NCBI GenBank assembly: GCA_038087875.1
Contig: JAXLNO010000438.1
Span: 124,001 to 188,000 of the forward strand
DNA: 64,000 nt
Reading direction: 5' to 3'
Origin: Malacoraja senta
Taxonomy: Eukaryota
Shown here: in pieces, positions 11,420 to 23,365 of the stretch
Numbering within the stretch: the first letter of the stretch is position 1
Layout: every line of letters starts with the position of its first letter
The notes under the pieces: generated by a model
What the model was told of the DNA's origin: nothing
The model's database searches: none
What the model saw: only the letters and a program-made list of their open reading frames with translations
Made by a program: the position numbers and the translations under genes

Positions 11420-12690
11420 TTCTGGTTTGAATGGTTTGAATCCTACTTGAAGGACAGGGACTACTTTGTGTCTATAGGTAATTACACATCTGAGCGTGCA
11501 AAAATTACATGTGGAGTTCCCCAGGGCTCCATTCTGGGGCCTCTTCTGTTTAACATCTACATGCTTCCACTGGCTCAGATCATGAAAAACATCAAAATAT
11601 GTTACCATAGTTATGCAGACGACACACAAATCTACATAACAATATCACCAGGAGACTATAGTCCAATACAAGCACTGAGTAGATGCATTGAGCAAATCAA
11701 CGATTGGATGAACCAGAATTTTCTCCAATTAAACAAAGAAAAAACTGAAATAATTGTTTTTGGAGCCAAGGAAGAACGATTAAAAGTTAGCACCCAGCTT
11801 CAAATGGTAATGCTAAAAACAACAAACCAAGCCAGAAACTTAGGAGTAGTCATGGACTCAGACCTGAACTTCAACAGCCACATACAAACAGTCACAAAGT
11901 CAGCCTACTATCACCTGAGGAATATATCAAGGATTAAGGGACTTATGTCTCAGCAGGATTTGGAAAAACTTGTCCATGCATTTATCTTCAGCAGGCTCGA
12001 CTACTGTAACAGTGTCTTTACAGGTCTCCCTAAAAAGTCGATCAGACAGCTGCAGTTAATTCAGAACGCTGCTGCTCAAGTCCTCACTAAGACCAAAAAA
12101 GTAGATCACATTACTCCAGTTCTGAGGTCTTTACACTGGCTTCCTGTCTGTCAAAGAATTGATTTCAAAATACTACTGTTGGTTTACAAAGCACTGAATG
12201 GTTTGGGGCCAAAATACATTTCTGATCTTCTGCTTAGCTACGAACCACCCAGACCTCTCAGATCGTCTGGGACAGGTCTGCTCTGTGTCCCCAGAGTCAG
12301 AACTAAACATGGAGAGGCAGCATTTAGTTTTTATGCACCACATATCTGGAACAAACTCCCAGAAAACTGCAGGTCTGCTGCAACTCTCAGCTCTTTTAAA
12401 TCTAGACTGAAGACTTTTCTGTTTGCCGCTGCCTTTCAGTAAACAATACAATTTATTAATTACCTATACTGCACTGTAACTTCTATTCCTGGTTTTATTC
12501 TATTTTAAATATTTTATTTGATTGCTTTTAATTTTGTAATTATTATCTGAATAATCTAATAATCATTTTATATCTAAATGTCATTTTATATGTGTTTCTT
12601 TCAAATGCTTTAAATGTTTTATGTAAAGCACTTTGAATTACCTTGTGGTTGAAAGGTGCTATACAAATAAACTTGCCTTGCCTTGCCTTG
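11420..12690 (+). mobile_element. 5'-truncated L2-clade LINE with uninterrupted RT C-terminal ORF
   Basis: ORF 11387-12442 contains [40 protein letters not shown]; 3' end tgtaaagcactttg...gaaaggtgctatacaaataaa followed by (ccttg)n tail. Confidence 0.92.
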
Positions 12691-13469
12691 GTTACTGTCA
12701 AACGTCCAGATTGGACAGAGTTGTACTCCATCAGGCATGAGGAAAGTATTCCATTACACTTCTGACTTCTGCCTTGTATACAACCAATGCATAGGGAAGG
12801 TTTCAGTGAGGCTATCACATGACGTTGCAGCTATATTATTTATACAGGTGGTCCTGTTAAGTTTCTGGCAAATGGTGCCCTTCAGTTCTTAGATAATGTA
12901 GGATTTGTTGATTTTGCAAGAAAATCTGATTATTTTTTCCTGGAGTAGATGGCCATCACAATTAATTTTTGTGTGATGGATTTTGCATTCTGGCTTTCAG
13001 CTAGGTTTTGCAGTATATGGCCGAGATTGCTTTATTATCTGAGATCTATGAATGGAAGGGCACCGCCATTTATCAGAAACCTTGTCACTTCTAACCTGAG
13101 CTGTCATTAGGGTCGGAGCATTAGATGAATCTGGTGCAACTAGATTTCTTATAGTTTCTTAATATCACATAAGCCTTACGTTTAGCACTTGCATGCTGGG
13201 GTCTGGCATCATTGAAGATGTGTACATTCATGAAGCCTCTTCCTAGAAACATAGAAAATAGGTGCAGGAGGAGGCCATTCGGCTCTTCAAGCCAGCACTG
13301 CCATTCATTGTGATCATGGCTGATCGTCCCCAATCAATAAATAGAAACATAGGAAAGAGGAAATAGAAACATAGAAAATAGGGAGGTTGTTTAATTGGTT
13401 ACCTGTACTTTTCAAATATGATTTAATAAACATTATTTGAATAATGAACTGTGGTATATCTGATCACAG

Positions 13470-14275
13470 TTTAATGTGGATAAATGTGATGTTATCCACT
13501 TTGGTGGCAAAAACAGGAAGGCAGATTTTTATCTGAATGGTGTCAAGTTGGGAAAAGGGGAAGTGCAACGAGATCTGGGGGTCCTTGTTCATTAGTTACT
13601 GAAAGTAAGCATGCAGGTACAGAAGGCAGTGAAGAAAGCTAATGGCATGTTGGCCTTCATAACAAGAGGAGTTGAGTATAGGAGCAAAGAGGTCCTTCTG
13701 CAGTTGTACAGAAGTAGGGGCCCTAATGAGACCACACCTGGAGTATTGTGTGCAGTTTTCTCCAAATTTGAGGAAGGACTTTCTTGCTATTGAGGGAGTG
13801 CAGTGTAGGTTCTCAAGGTTAATTCCCGGAATGGCGGGACTGTCATATGTTGATAGAATGGAGCAACTGAGCTTGTGTACACTGGAATTTAGAAGGATGA
13901 GAGGGAATCTTATTGAAACATATAAGATTATTAAGGAATTGGACACGCTAGAGGCAGGAAACATGTTCCCAATGTTGGGGGAATCCAGGACCAGGGGCCA
14001 CAGTTTAAGAATAAGGAGTAGGCCATTTAGAACGGAGATGAGAAAAAACGTTTTCACCCAGAGAGTTGTGAATCTGTGGAATTCTCTGCCTCAGAAGGCA
14101 GTGGGAGGCCAATTCTCTGTATGCTTTCAAGAGATAGTTAGATAGAGCTCTTAAAGATAGTGGAGTCAGGGAATATGGGGAGAAGGGAGGAATGGGGTAC
14201 TTATTTGTGGATGATCAGCCATGATCATATTGGCTCGAAGGGCCGAATGGCCTACTCCTGCACCTATTGTCTATT
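13470..14275 (+). mobile_element. CR1 (HER1-like) LINE 3' fragment
   Basis: ORF remnants QKAVKKANGMLAFITRGVEY, RPHLEYCVQF, RRMRGNLIETYK, RTRGHSLRI, QRVVNLWNSLP; CR1 tail. Confidence 0.88.
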
Positions 14276-15021
14276 ATCCATTGTGTAGGCCATAGACATA
14301 GCAGTTGAAGATAATTGGATCAATAATCCGTCCTATATCATTGTCCAGAGGCCAAGATGATTAACTTCCTTCTAGGAATTACCACCGCCTGTTGTATAAG
14401 ATGTGACTGCAGACAGTTCAGTGTTTACTTTTGTTCCATTAATTCCAATTGACTTCAACTTCAGTGATCATTGACACATTTTGTCAGATGCTGCCTTGGA
14501 ATCAAGGACTTTCGCTTTGCCTGTGGAATTCAGCTTTGTTCCTGGTTTGGACAGAAATGTAATAATTAGTTCTGGAACATTGTTGTCCCAGTGGGACCCA
14601 AACTGAGTATTGTCAAGCAAATTAACCAAGAGCAACTGGCACTCTTTGAAGGTGACATTGACCATTCAATCAATGGTTATGTTCATAATTGATAGTAGAT
14701 TGATGGAGTTGTCTTGACTGTTTATATTTGTCTTTTTGGAGATCTGTCATGCCTGGAATGAGGTGATGACTATGCTAAATCGCATTAATGGTCAGCATTT
14801 TAGCTGAGATGTTGTTGGGGTCAGTATTTGATTATCTGGTGCAGTCTTAATATTTCCTAATATTGTGGATTTATTCATTTTGGTTAAGATTGGCCTCTGT
14901 AATGGTGGTGTCCATATAGAGCCTAATTTATCACATTTATCTGTAAACACCTGTCTTGTCTTATACATGGCGGTGCCTTGTATCATGAAGGCTTGTCCTT
15001 CTGTAAGTTGTTTAATTGACC

Positions 15022-15221
15022 NNNNNNNNNNNNNNNNNNNNNNNNNNNNNNNNNNNNNNNNNNNNNNNNNNNNNNNNNNNNNNNNNNNNNNNNNNNNNNN
15101 NNNNNNNNNNNNNNNNNNNNNNNNNNNNNNNNNNNNNNNNNNNNNNNNNNNNNNNNNNNNNNNNNNNNNNNNNNNNNNNNNNNNNNNNNNNNNNNNNNNN
15201 NNNNNNNNNNNNNNNNNNNNN
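15022..15221. other. Assembly gap (exactly 200 N)
   Basis: Run of 200 N; a round number typical of a scaffolding placeholder of unknown true size. Confidence 0.99.
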
Positions 15222-15605
15222 CTCTGACACCTGTACTAATCAAGAATCTATCTACCTCTGCCTTAAAAATATCAACTGACAGCCTCTACAGCTTTCCGTG
15301 GCAAAGAACTCCACAGATTCACCACCCTCTGACTAAAGAAAATTCTCCTCATCTCCTTCCTAAAAGAACGTCCTTTAATTCTGTGGCTGTGACCTCTAGT
15401 CCTAGACTCTCCCACTAGTGGAAACATCCTCTCCACATCCACTCTGTCCAAGCCTTTCACTATTCTGTATGTTTCAACAAGGTCCCCCCCCCCCCCCCCC
15501 CCTCGTTCTTCTAAACTCCAGTGAACACAGGCTCAGTGCCGACAAATGCACATTATAGGTTAACCTACTCATTCCTCGGATCATTATTGTAAACCTCCTC
15601 TGGAC
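15222..15605 (-). mobile_element. CR1 fragment abutting the gap
   Basis: MKGLDRVDVERMFPLVGESRTRGHSHRIKG...SQRVVNLWSSLP on the minus strand. Confidence 0.85.
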
Positions 15606-16330
15606 AGGGTTAAATGTTTCAATAAAAGACGAGCCATGATTGGAGAAGGGACCAGCAAGGTAATGTCAACGGCCTCAGCAGCTGATGGGAAATGTGTTGA
15701 GATGCTTGTCTCTAGATCAAAATAACCACCAGATCATTGGACAGTCAATTACGACCAATCTTCAAGAAGAGGGATGGGGTCCATGGCTAGGGATGGAAGA
15801 GTTCAAGAAAAAAAATAACAAACTACTCCCAATATTTAGTTGGAGGAAGTTTCAACTCATATAGTACAGGTTGTAAAACAAATAGTATGATTACACAGGT
15901 TCACGAAAAGTAGTAGTGAGGGATGTGTGCTGCCTTTATGTGTAACTTGACATTGTGTATGACATTGGCAGAAACATACAGATGAGAATCAAGGATAGAT
16001 CCTTGTGATGGCACAGGATGAGAAGGGAAACCATTGCTAGGAATTCCCTGGCTTCAACTGGACAGAGAAAGAAAGGAACCAGAGGTCAGTCCCATCAAGC
16101 TGGATGTCAAAGGAGAATAGCGGAGACACTGGAGAATAGTGTGGTCAACCGTGTCACTTCAGCATTCGTTTCATGACCGTCGTTATATCTTGATAGTGAA
16201 ATCAACATTTTTAATCAGATGCACTCACTTCAATAAGAATTTGTACTGAGGTAGCAGATTTAGTTGACTATGCTCCATGAATTCTCTTGGCTTATACCCT
16301 AGTAATTCAGAAGGCATGAATTGATAATCA

Positions 16331-16558
16331 AGTTTTACCGAAATTTGCTCAGAAATTGCTATTTTTACCCTAAAGTAGAGACAAGAAGAGTAGGTCAGTC
16401 ACAGAATAACTTCATTTTCTCTTTTCCGTTTTAACTTCTTGGAACAAAAAATAAGACCCCTTTCATATCTAAGTTTTTAAATGGGAGTAACTGATTACAT
16501 GGCTGCATTTATTAGTGTATTTTGGGACAGACCTGGGAAATCCATGATTTCAAACAGA
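16331..16558 (+). repeat. Left copy of 228-bp direct duplication flanking the L1
   Basis: Matches 22911-23138 at constant offset 6580 with 2 mismatches (16447/23027, 16537/23117). Confidence 0.95.
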
Positions 16559-16750
16559 CTTCTGGTGACGCCATGTTATACTAACAGGCGTGGACCTAGC
16601 TCCGCTCTCGAAAAATTTCGCGATTTTTTCACGTTAAAACGGGTCCATAAGTCGGAATTGGATTAAAAACCTTACCAGAGCTTCTGGTCGCCGGGCTGAT
16701 GACGTCATCAGTAAGCGCGATGTTTTAAACGGTGGCTCAAAGGCTTTTAA

Positions 16751-17824
16751 ATGAGAAAACTGTCTCCAGCTAAGAGCCCTCAGAGATCAGTTAAAAAGCT
16801 GCTGAAAAATTTGAAGAAGCCTGAAGGAGAAGTTACCTCTGAAGTTTCTGAAGTGGCTGTAGAAATGGATACAAGATCTAAGACAGAGCTGACTAAGGAT
16901 AAAGATAAAGAACTTGAGGATTTGAAGAAATCAGTGAAGGATATGAAAGATGAAATTATGGATGAAAATAAAACTCTGATGGGACAAATGATGGAAAAAA
17001 TCGAAAAGATGATGCAGGATTCGAATGCTGGTAATCAGAAGGTGGCTGATTCACTGGATACTATAAATAAACGAATTGATGATGTGAAAGATGGACTATC
17101 GGGGAGAATGGATCAGATGGAAAAAATTACTACGGACAGGTTCACGGCTGTGCTTGAAACAGTAGCTGCAAGTATGGCCACAATTACAGAACTGGAGAAA
17201 AATATGGCTCGAGTGGTTGAAGACATGGTGAAAATGAGGCAAGAACATGATCAAATGAAGCAAGAACATGAGCAAACTTCAGTACAGATGTCGACTCAAC
17301 TGGGGAAAGTCTCAGATAAATGCCTGGACCTGGAAGCTCGCTCTAGACGCCAGAATTTGAGAATTCTTGGAGTCTCAGAGGGAACTGAGGGAAGGGACGT
17401 TCGTGAGTTTGCCATGGACTTACTTAAACAACTGCTTAATCTCTCCAAAGAACCGAAAATTGAAGTGGCTCATCGGGTTCCAAGATTTAAACCGAGACCT
17501 CAAGCTGGAAAAGACCACCCACGACATATTATTGTGAAATTTCGAGACATTTCAGAACTGGAAGAGGTGATGAGTAAAATTAAATACGGAGTGCAATTGC
17601 GGCTGGATAATGACATTATCAAAATATTCAGGGACTATCCGTATGAAATTGTGCAAAAGAGAAATCAATTCGGAAAGGCAAAAGAACTTTTAAGAGGGAA
17701 ACAAGGTGTCAGATACGGTGTTTTTTATCCAGCCAAAATGCGTATTTCTTATAATGGACGTGAAAGATCATTTGTAAAACCGGAGGAGGCGTACGAATAT
17801 GCCCAGAGCATCGTTGAAAAGTAG
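16751..17824 (+). CDS. L1 ORF1p (coiled coil + RRM + CTD, Transposase_22-like), intact, 357 aa
   Basis: Heptad-rich N half; motifs DLEARSRRQNLRILGVSE, IEVAHRV, PRHIIVKF, IFRDYP, YPAKMRI. Confidence 0.9.
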   Translation: MRKLSPAKSPQRSVKKLLKNLKKPEGEVTSEVSEVAVEMDTRSKTELTKDKDKELEDLKKSVKDMKDEIMDENKTLMGQMMEKIEKMMQDSNAGNQKVADSLDTINKRIDDVKDGLSGRMDQMEKITTDRFTAVLETVAASMATITELEKNMARVVEDMVKMRQEHDQMKQEHEQTSVQMSTQLGKVSDKCLDLEARSRRQNLRILGVSEGTEGRDVREFAMDLLKQLLNLSKEPKIEVAHRVPRFKPRPQAGKDHPRHIIVKFRDISELEEVMSKIKYGVQLRLDNDIIKIFRDYPYEIVQKRNQFGKAKELLRGKQGVRYGVFYPAKMRISYNGRERSFVKPEEAYEYAQSIVEK

Positions 17825-18718
17825 AAATTAATGGTATGAATAAATCCTCTTTTTTTTATTAGAATTCCACGGTTAATGGAGGTTTGGCAGCTCAGAACCA
17901 TTTCAAGCAGTGTTTTGTTTAGGATGGCGAGACTGTTATCTGTGGAATTTTGATTCAAGGACATTCTGTGTTCCAAACGAAGTAAACAGCCGAACTGAAG
18001 AGAATAGACTATACCAGAAGCATTAATTGTTTAACAGATTATAATATTAAATCCAATTGTAAGAATTGATTCTATTAACAACCTAACAATTTAACAAGTT
18101 ATCAATATTAAACTAGAATAGTAACGGACGCTAATAAAAATAAAAAATATCGAACTAACAAAACTAATATAATTTTTTACTAAATCAAAACCTTATCTAT
18201 AACTGGGAGGAGGGGATGAGAAACGAGCACCTGGCTTAGGTCCAGGGGCGCGTTTCGTTAACCCCTTCAACCAACAGTTGACTATTATTGAAGCTAAAAT
18301 CATTTGTTTAATAATTAGTAGCTAAAATTGCGATATATATATGATATGTTATAATGAAATATATAGGGTAAATTTGTATCATATATCTGAATGTGAGGCC
18401 CGCTCTAATATTTTATGATTAACCAAGAGAGCGGAGTTATTTGTTTAACATCAACAATGGAAGTCAAAACAAGGTTTTCTCCCACCTACAGGTGGGCCAC
18501 TTGTTACAGTGTCGACTATTTTAGACACTGTATTTTCACTTTTTCAAATTTGTTTAAATTATTATTATCACATAAACTCACATGTTTGTGTTTTGTGTTT
18601 AGTGATAAGCGTAAAAAGGATAAGCCAACAAAACTTAGTAATTCAAAGGTTCCCCCAATACTCAAAGACCTGGGATATGGATGCACCACAAGATTTAAAG
18701 GTACTATAATTAATCAAA

Positions 18719-21700
18719 ATGCAAGATGCTAAACAAAAGAACCTAGGAGGAGTCTCATTCTGCAGTTGGAATATAAGAGGTATTAATGAACCTATTAAAA
18801 GGGGTAAGATACTAGCTCAGCTGAAACTGTACAATTCTGACATCATCTTCTTACAAGAAACTCATCTAAAATCTCAGGATCAAGCTAGGTTGAGGGCGAA
18901 ATGGATAGGTCAAATATACCATTCTTCATATACTTCGAAATCTAGAGGTACGTCAATCATTATTAGAAAAGGTATACCATTCAAAGCAAAGAATACCATA
19001 ACAGACATTGAAGGGAGATATTTGATAGTTAACGGAGAAATTCATGATACTCCAATTACTTTAGTAAATATATACGTGCCTAACTTTGACAACCCTCATT
19101 TTTTCAATAAAATTCTGAACATAATCGCAGAGTTTAATTATCAAAATGTTATAATAGGAGGAGACTTTAACTGTGTTTTAGATCCGTATTTAGACAAATC
19201 AAGTCAAAAACAGAGAGGGAATACGAAATCTAAAACCGGTGAACTTTTAAATACTTATATAAACAATACTAATATAGCAGATGTTTGGAGAATTGCTAAT
19301 CCAACTGGCAGGGAATACTCATTTTATTCAATGGTACATAAAACATACTCACGTATAGATTATTTCCTGGTGGATACAAAATTAATCCCTCACTTTGAAC
19401 CCAGCATACCACACAAACTCGATTTCAGACCATTCACCACTAACTTTCTTTTTAAAACTGGAAAGAATGTCTAAGAATAAATCGTTTTGGAGATTTAATT
19501 CTCAAATACTAAAAGATCCGCAAGCGAGTATATATTTAAAAGAACAAATGGATGCCTTTTTTGAAATAAATGATACTCCAGATATATCGCCTACTGTACT
19601 ATGGGAATCTTTTAAAGCATTCATTAGAGGTATTATAATCTCATATCAAGTTTTTCAAAATATAAAGAATAAGAATGAACAAAGACAGTTAGAAGAACTT
19701 ATTAGGCAAATGGATATAGATAATGCTAAAGATCCATCAATAGATAAACATAATAAAATAATAATTTTGAAATTTAAATTAAATAAACTATTATCAGCCA
19801 AACTTATAACACTTTTCCAAATTACAAAACAGGAGCACTTTGAATTTGGGGATAAACCGCATAAACTTTTGGCTCGCCAGCTAAAAAAAACGTGAAAAAG
19901 AACATACGATCCCAAACATTAAATCAGATAGAGGGGAATTATTAACCATACCGAAGGATATTAATAAAAGATTTGCGCAATTTTATGAGAATTTGTATAC
20001 ATCTAAAACGACAACTGACTCCAATAACATTACAGAGTTCTTGGACAATTGTAATCTTCCAAAGTTAGAGTTGAAGGAACAAGAGGAATTGGGCGCACAA
20101 ATCTCAATTAAGGAATTAGAAGATACAATAAACTCATTAAAGAATGGAAAAACACCAGGTCCTGATGGATTTACTAATGAATTTTATAAAAGCTTTTATG
20201 ACAAAATTATACCACGATTACAAAAAGTGTATCAATATGCTTTAAAAAAACAAATATTACCTGATACATTAGCTGAATCAACGATCACACTAATACTTAA
20301 AAAAGACAAAGATATAGAAGAACCGGGTTCATATAGAGCTATAGCATTGTTAAATACAGATCAAAAAATATTAGCGAAAACATTAGCTAGAAGATTAAGT
20401 AAATATATTAGTAAACTAATAAACCCAGATCAGACGGGGTTTATCCCTAAGAGATATTCATCTAATAATATGAGACGTCTACTCAATATAATGCACTCAC
20501 ACAAATTTGAAGAACAAGAATTATCAATTATTTCGCTGGACGCTGAAAAAGCATTTGACCAAGTAGAATGGAATTATATGGATAAAGTATTACAAAAATT
20601 CCAACTGGGAGAGAATTTTATTTTATGGATTAAACTATTATATAATAAACCTACAGCTAGAATATTAACTAAGAACATATTATCCTCGAAATTTCAACTA
20701 TCAAGGGGAAATAGAAAAGGATGCTCATTATCACCACAGTTGTTTGCTCTCATAATTGAACCGTTAGCAGAAAAAATTAGAACACATCCAGATATCCATT
20801 GGTATAATACTAAATATTCAAATAATAAAATATCTTTATACGCGGATGATATATTATTGTACATTAGAAAACCTCAAATTTCTATACCAAACATATTAAA
20901 TCTAATTGAGGACTTTGGATCTTTTTCTGGATACAGAATAAATTGGAATAAAAGTGAAATTATGTCAATAAAACCGAAAGACTCAACACATCTTTTAAAA
21001 TTCCCTTTTAAAATAGCTACAGAAAAATGTAAATACTTGGGTATTGAAATCACTAGAACACATCAAGGCATGTTTAAAGCAAATTTTGATCCTTTACTTA
21101 ATAAATTAAATACACGAATTAAATTTTGGAAAACGCTCCCGATGTCTTTAATAGGCCGAATAAATGCAATAAAAATGATCTTCTTACCACAAATTTTATA
21201 CCCATTTCAATCGATTCCTATATACCTACCAAAGAAGTTTTTTTTTTAAAACTGGATTCAGACATTACTCATTTTATATGGGACTATAAATCACATAGAA
21301 TACAAAGGACACACTTGAGCAAAGCTAAAGTATTAGGGGGCTTAGCACTCCCTAACTTCATGTATTATTATTGGTCAGTAAATATTAAAAATATGATTCA
21401 ACTGATGGACAACTCTGCCCAGCAAGTGGACTGGATTGTAATGGAGAGAGAGGACTGCTCCTCTGGAAACATTAGAGCGATCCTCCTCTCACCAATGAAA
21501 CTGAATAACATAAATTATAACAAAAAAACAATTATACATAGTACAATCAGAACTTGGAAACAAATAAAACAAAATTAAAAATTAAGAAATCTATCGCTGT
21601 TATCTCCAATAGTTAATAACCCCTCGTTTAATCCCTCTATTACAGACAAATCTTTTATACAATGGGATAGACTAGGAATTAAAACGTTCAGTGACTTGTA

Positions 21701-22511
21701 TGAAACTGGAAAATTATTATCATTCCAACAATTACAAATAAAATATAAACTGGGAAATAATCAATATTTTAAATATTTTCAAATATGTGACTATTTGAAA
21801 AAATATACAAAAGATCATTATAATATCCCAGCAGATGTACAGGATGAAGCAATGCAGATAAACGCTGAATCAGCAAACTTAATATCATATTTGTATAATA
21901 TTATCTTAAATGTAGAAATACCATCTACGGAAGGTATTAGAAGAGACTGGGAACAAGAATTAGCTATTAAAATCTCAAAGGAAAGGTGGAATGAACATTT
22001 ACTAAACGTGCATAAATGTTCGATTAATGTAAGACACACTTTAATACAATTTAAAATTGTACATAGATTATATTATTCCAAAACTAAAATTAATAAAAAT
22101 TTCCCAAATGTATCATCCATTTGTGATAAATGTCAATCTCAAGAAGCTACTATAGCACACTCATTTGTTTTCTGTACAAAAATTCAAAAATTTTGGATTG
22201 AAATTTTTGAAATCTTTACAAAATTATTTAAAATAAAACTGATACCTAAAGCAGAATGGATTATCTTCGGAACAACGGAAGATAGTCCAGAACTAAATGT
22301 GTTTCAAAAGAAATTAATAGACTATGGGTTAATAACTGGAAAAAAGTTAATCCTAAAATTCTGGAAAAACGCTCCAATACCAACTATAAACATGTGGATT
22401 TCAAATATGTTCGAAACATTACACCTAGAAGAGATAAGACTCCTCCTGGCAGGTAAAGCAGATCACTTCCACCTGACGTGGTCTGCATTTATAGAATTAT
22501 TACAAGTATAG
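18719..22511 (+). pseudogene. L1 ORF2p (endonuclease / reverse transcriptase), disrupted
   Basis: EN motifs SWNIRG, LQETH, GGDFN, SRIDY, SDH; RT motifs SLDAEKAFD, LYADD; CCHC CDKC...H...C. Frameshifts near 19390, at A8 (19883-19890) and at T10 (21238-21247); in-frame TAA at 21576-21578. Confidence 0.9.
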
Positions 22512-22910
22512 GGTGCAAAAGTACTTTAAAAAAAAAACTGAGGTCAGGTAAAGGGGGATGAAAGCTGGAGAGTTGGTATATCCCATTTGCGTGATGCTTA
22601 TAATAAAGTATTTGTTTTTCTCTTTTTTCCTCTTTCTCTTTTCTTTTCTTCTTTAGGGTCTATCTCTAAATCCTTTCTTCTTAATTTCTTTTCTACTGGG
22701 TCTCTGTTCTTTCCTGTTGTCACGTTTTTTCACCTTCACTATTTTCCTTCACTTTCTCTGTTTTCTTAATCGCAACCTTTCCTTTTTATTTGGGTAAAAA
22801 ATGACGGAGTACATTAATTGTAATAAGATATATGTGATGAGTACTAATGTAATTGGTTGTAATGTAATGTACTTCTAATAAATAAAAAAAAATTAAAAAG
22901 AAAACAAAAG

Positions 22911-23138
22911 AGTTTTACCGAAATTTGCTCAGAAATTGCTATTTTTACCCTAAAGTAGAGACAAGAAGAGTAGGTCAGTCACAGAATAACTTCATTTTCT
23001 CTTTTCCGTTTTAACTTCTTGGAACAGAAAATAAGACCCCTTTCATATCTAAGTTTTTAAATGGGAGTAACTGATTACATGGCTGCATTTATTAGTGTAT
23101 TTTGGGACAGACCTGGCAAATCCATGATTTCAAACAGA
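22911..23138 (+). repeat. Right copy of 228-bp direct duplication flanking the L1
   Basis: Begins immediately after the L1 A-rich tail; 226/228 identical to 16331-16558. Confidence 0.95.
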
Positions 23139-23288
23139 ACTCTACTATTGCACTTTCCTGTTTGCCACCTACTATGTCTCAACCGTGGTCTGACTACAAA
23201 AACAAACACGTCGCAAAAATGGGGGGGGGGGGGGGAATGAACGCAACATTTTCAGGGTTTTTTCCTCCAACGTTCGGCAGAGACTTAC

Positions 23289-23365
23289 CCTGCAGTATTC
23301 ATCTATTGGCTTCAGTCGCTTTACTGCAACATCCCTGATGTGACTTCGTCTGAAGAGAATTTTAC
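23289..23365 (-). CDS. SH3 and PX domain-containing protein 2 (Tks4/Tks5; SH3PXD2B or SH3PXD2A) internal PX-domain exon
   Basis: Minus strand: atttttgtattgcag|GT AAA ATT CTC ... TGC AGG|gtaagt; 77 nt encoding (G)[25 protein letters not shown], the PX-domain exon 4 of both paralogues. Peptide recalls SH3PXD2A; proximity to ERGIC1 favours SH3PXD2B. Confidence 0.9.

Larger units (their letters stand above)
16557..22910 (+). mobile_element. Near full-length L1-clade (fish L1/Tx1-like) non-LTR retrotransposon, about 6.35 kb
   Basis: Starts gacttctggtgacgccatg with a short CpG-rich 5' UTR; then ORF1, a spacer of about 0.9 kb, ORF2 (APE-EN, RT, CCHC), pyrimidine-rich 3' UTR, AATAAA near 22877 and A-rich tail; flanked by a direct duplication. 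Confidence 0.95.

Noticed and set aside
14865..15279. ORFs containing poly-X
   Set aside because: Artefacts of the 200-N gap.
18415..18732. 105-aa ORF in the L1 spacer as a third L1 protein
   Set aside because: No recognisable domain and it overlaps the hairpin region; cannot be supported without conservation across copies.
16331..23138. Reading the 228-bp direct repeats as LTRs
   Set aside because: No TG...CA ends, PBS or PPT; the interior has L1 ORF1, APE endonuclease and an A-rich tail before the right repeat, so it is a non-LTR element.
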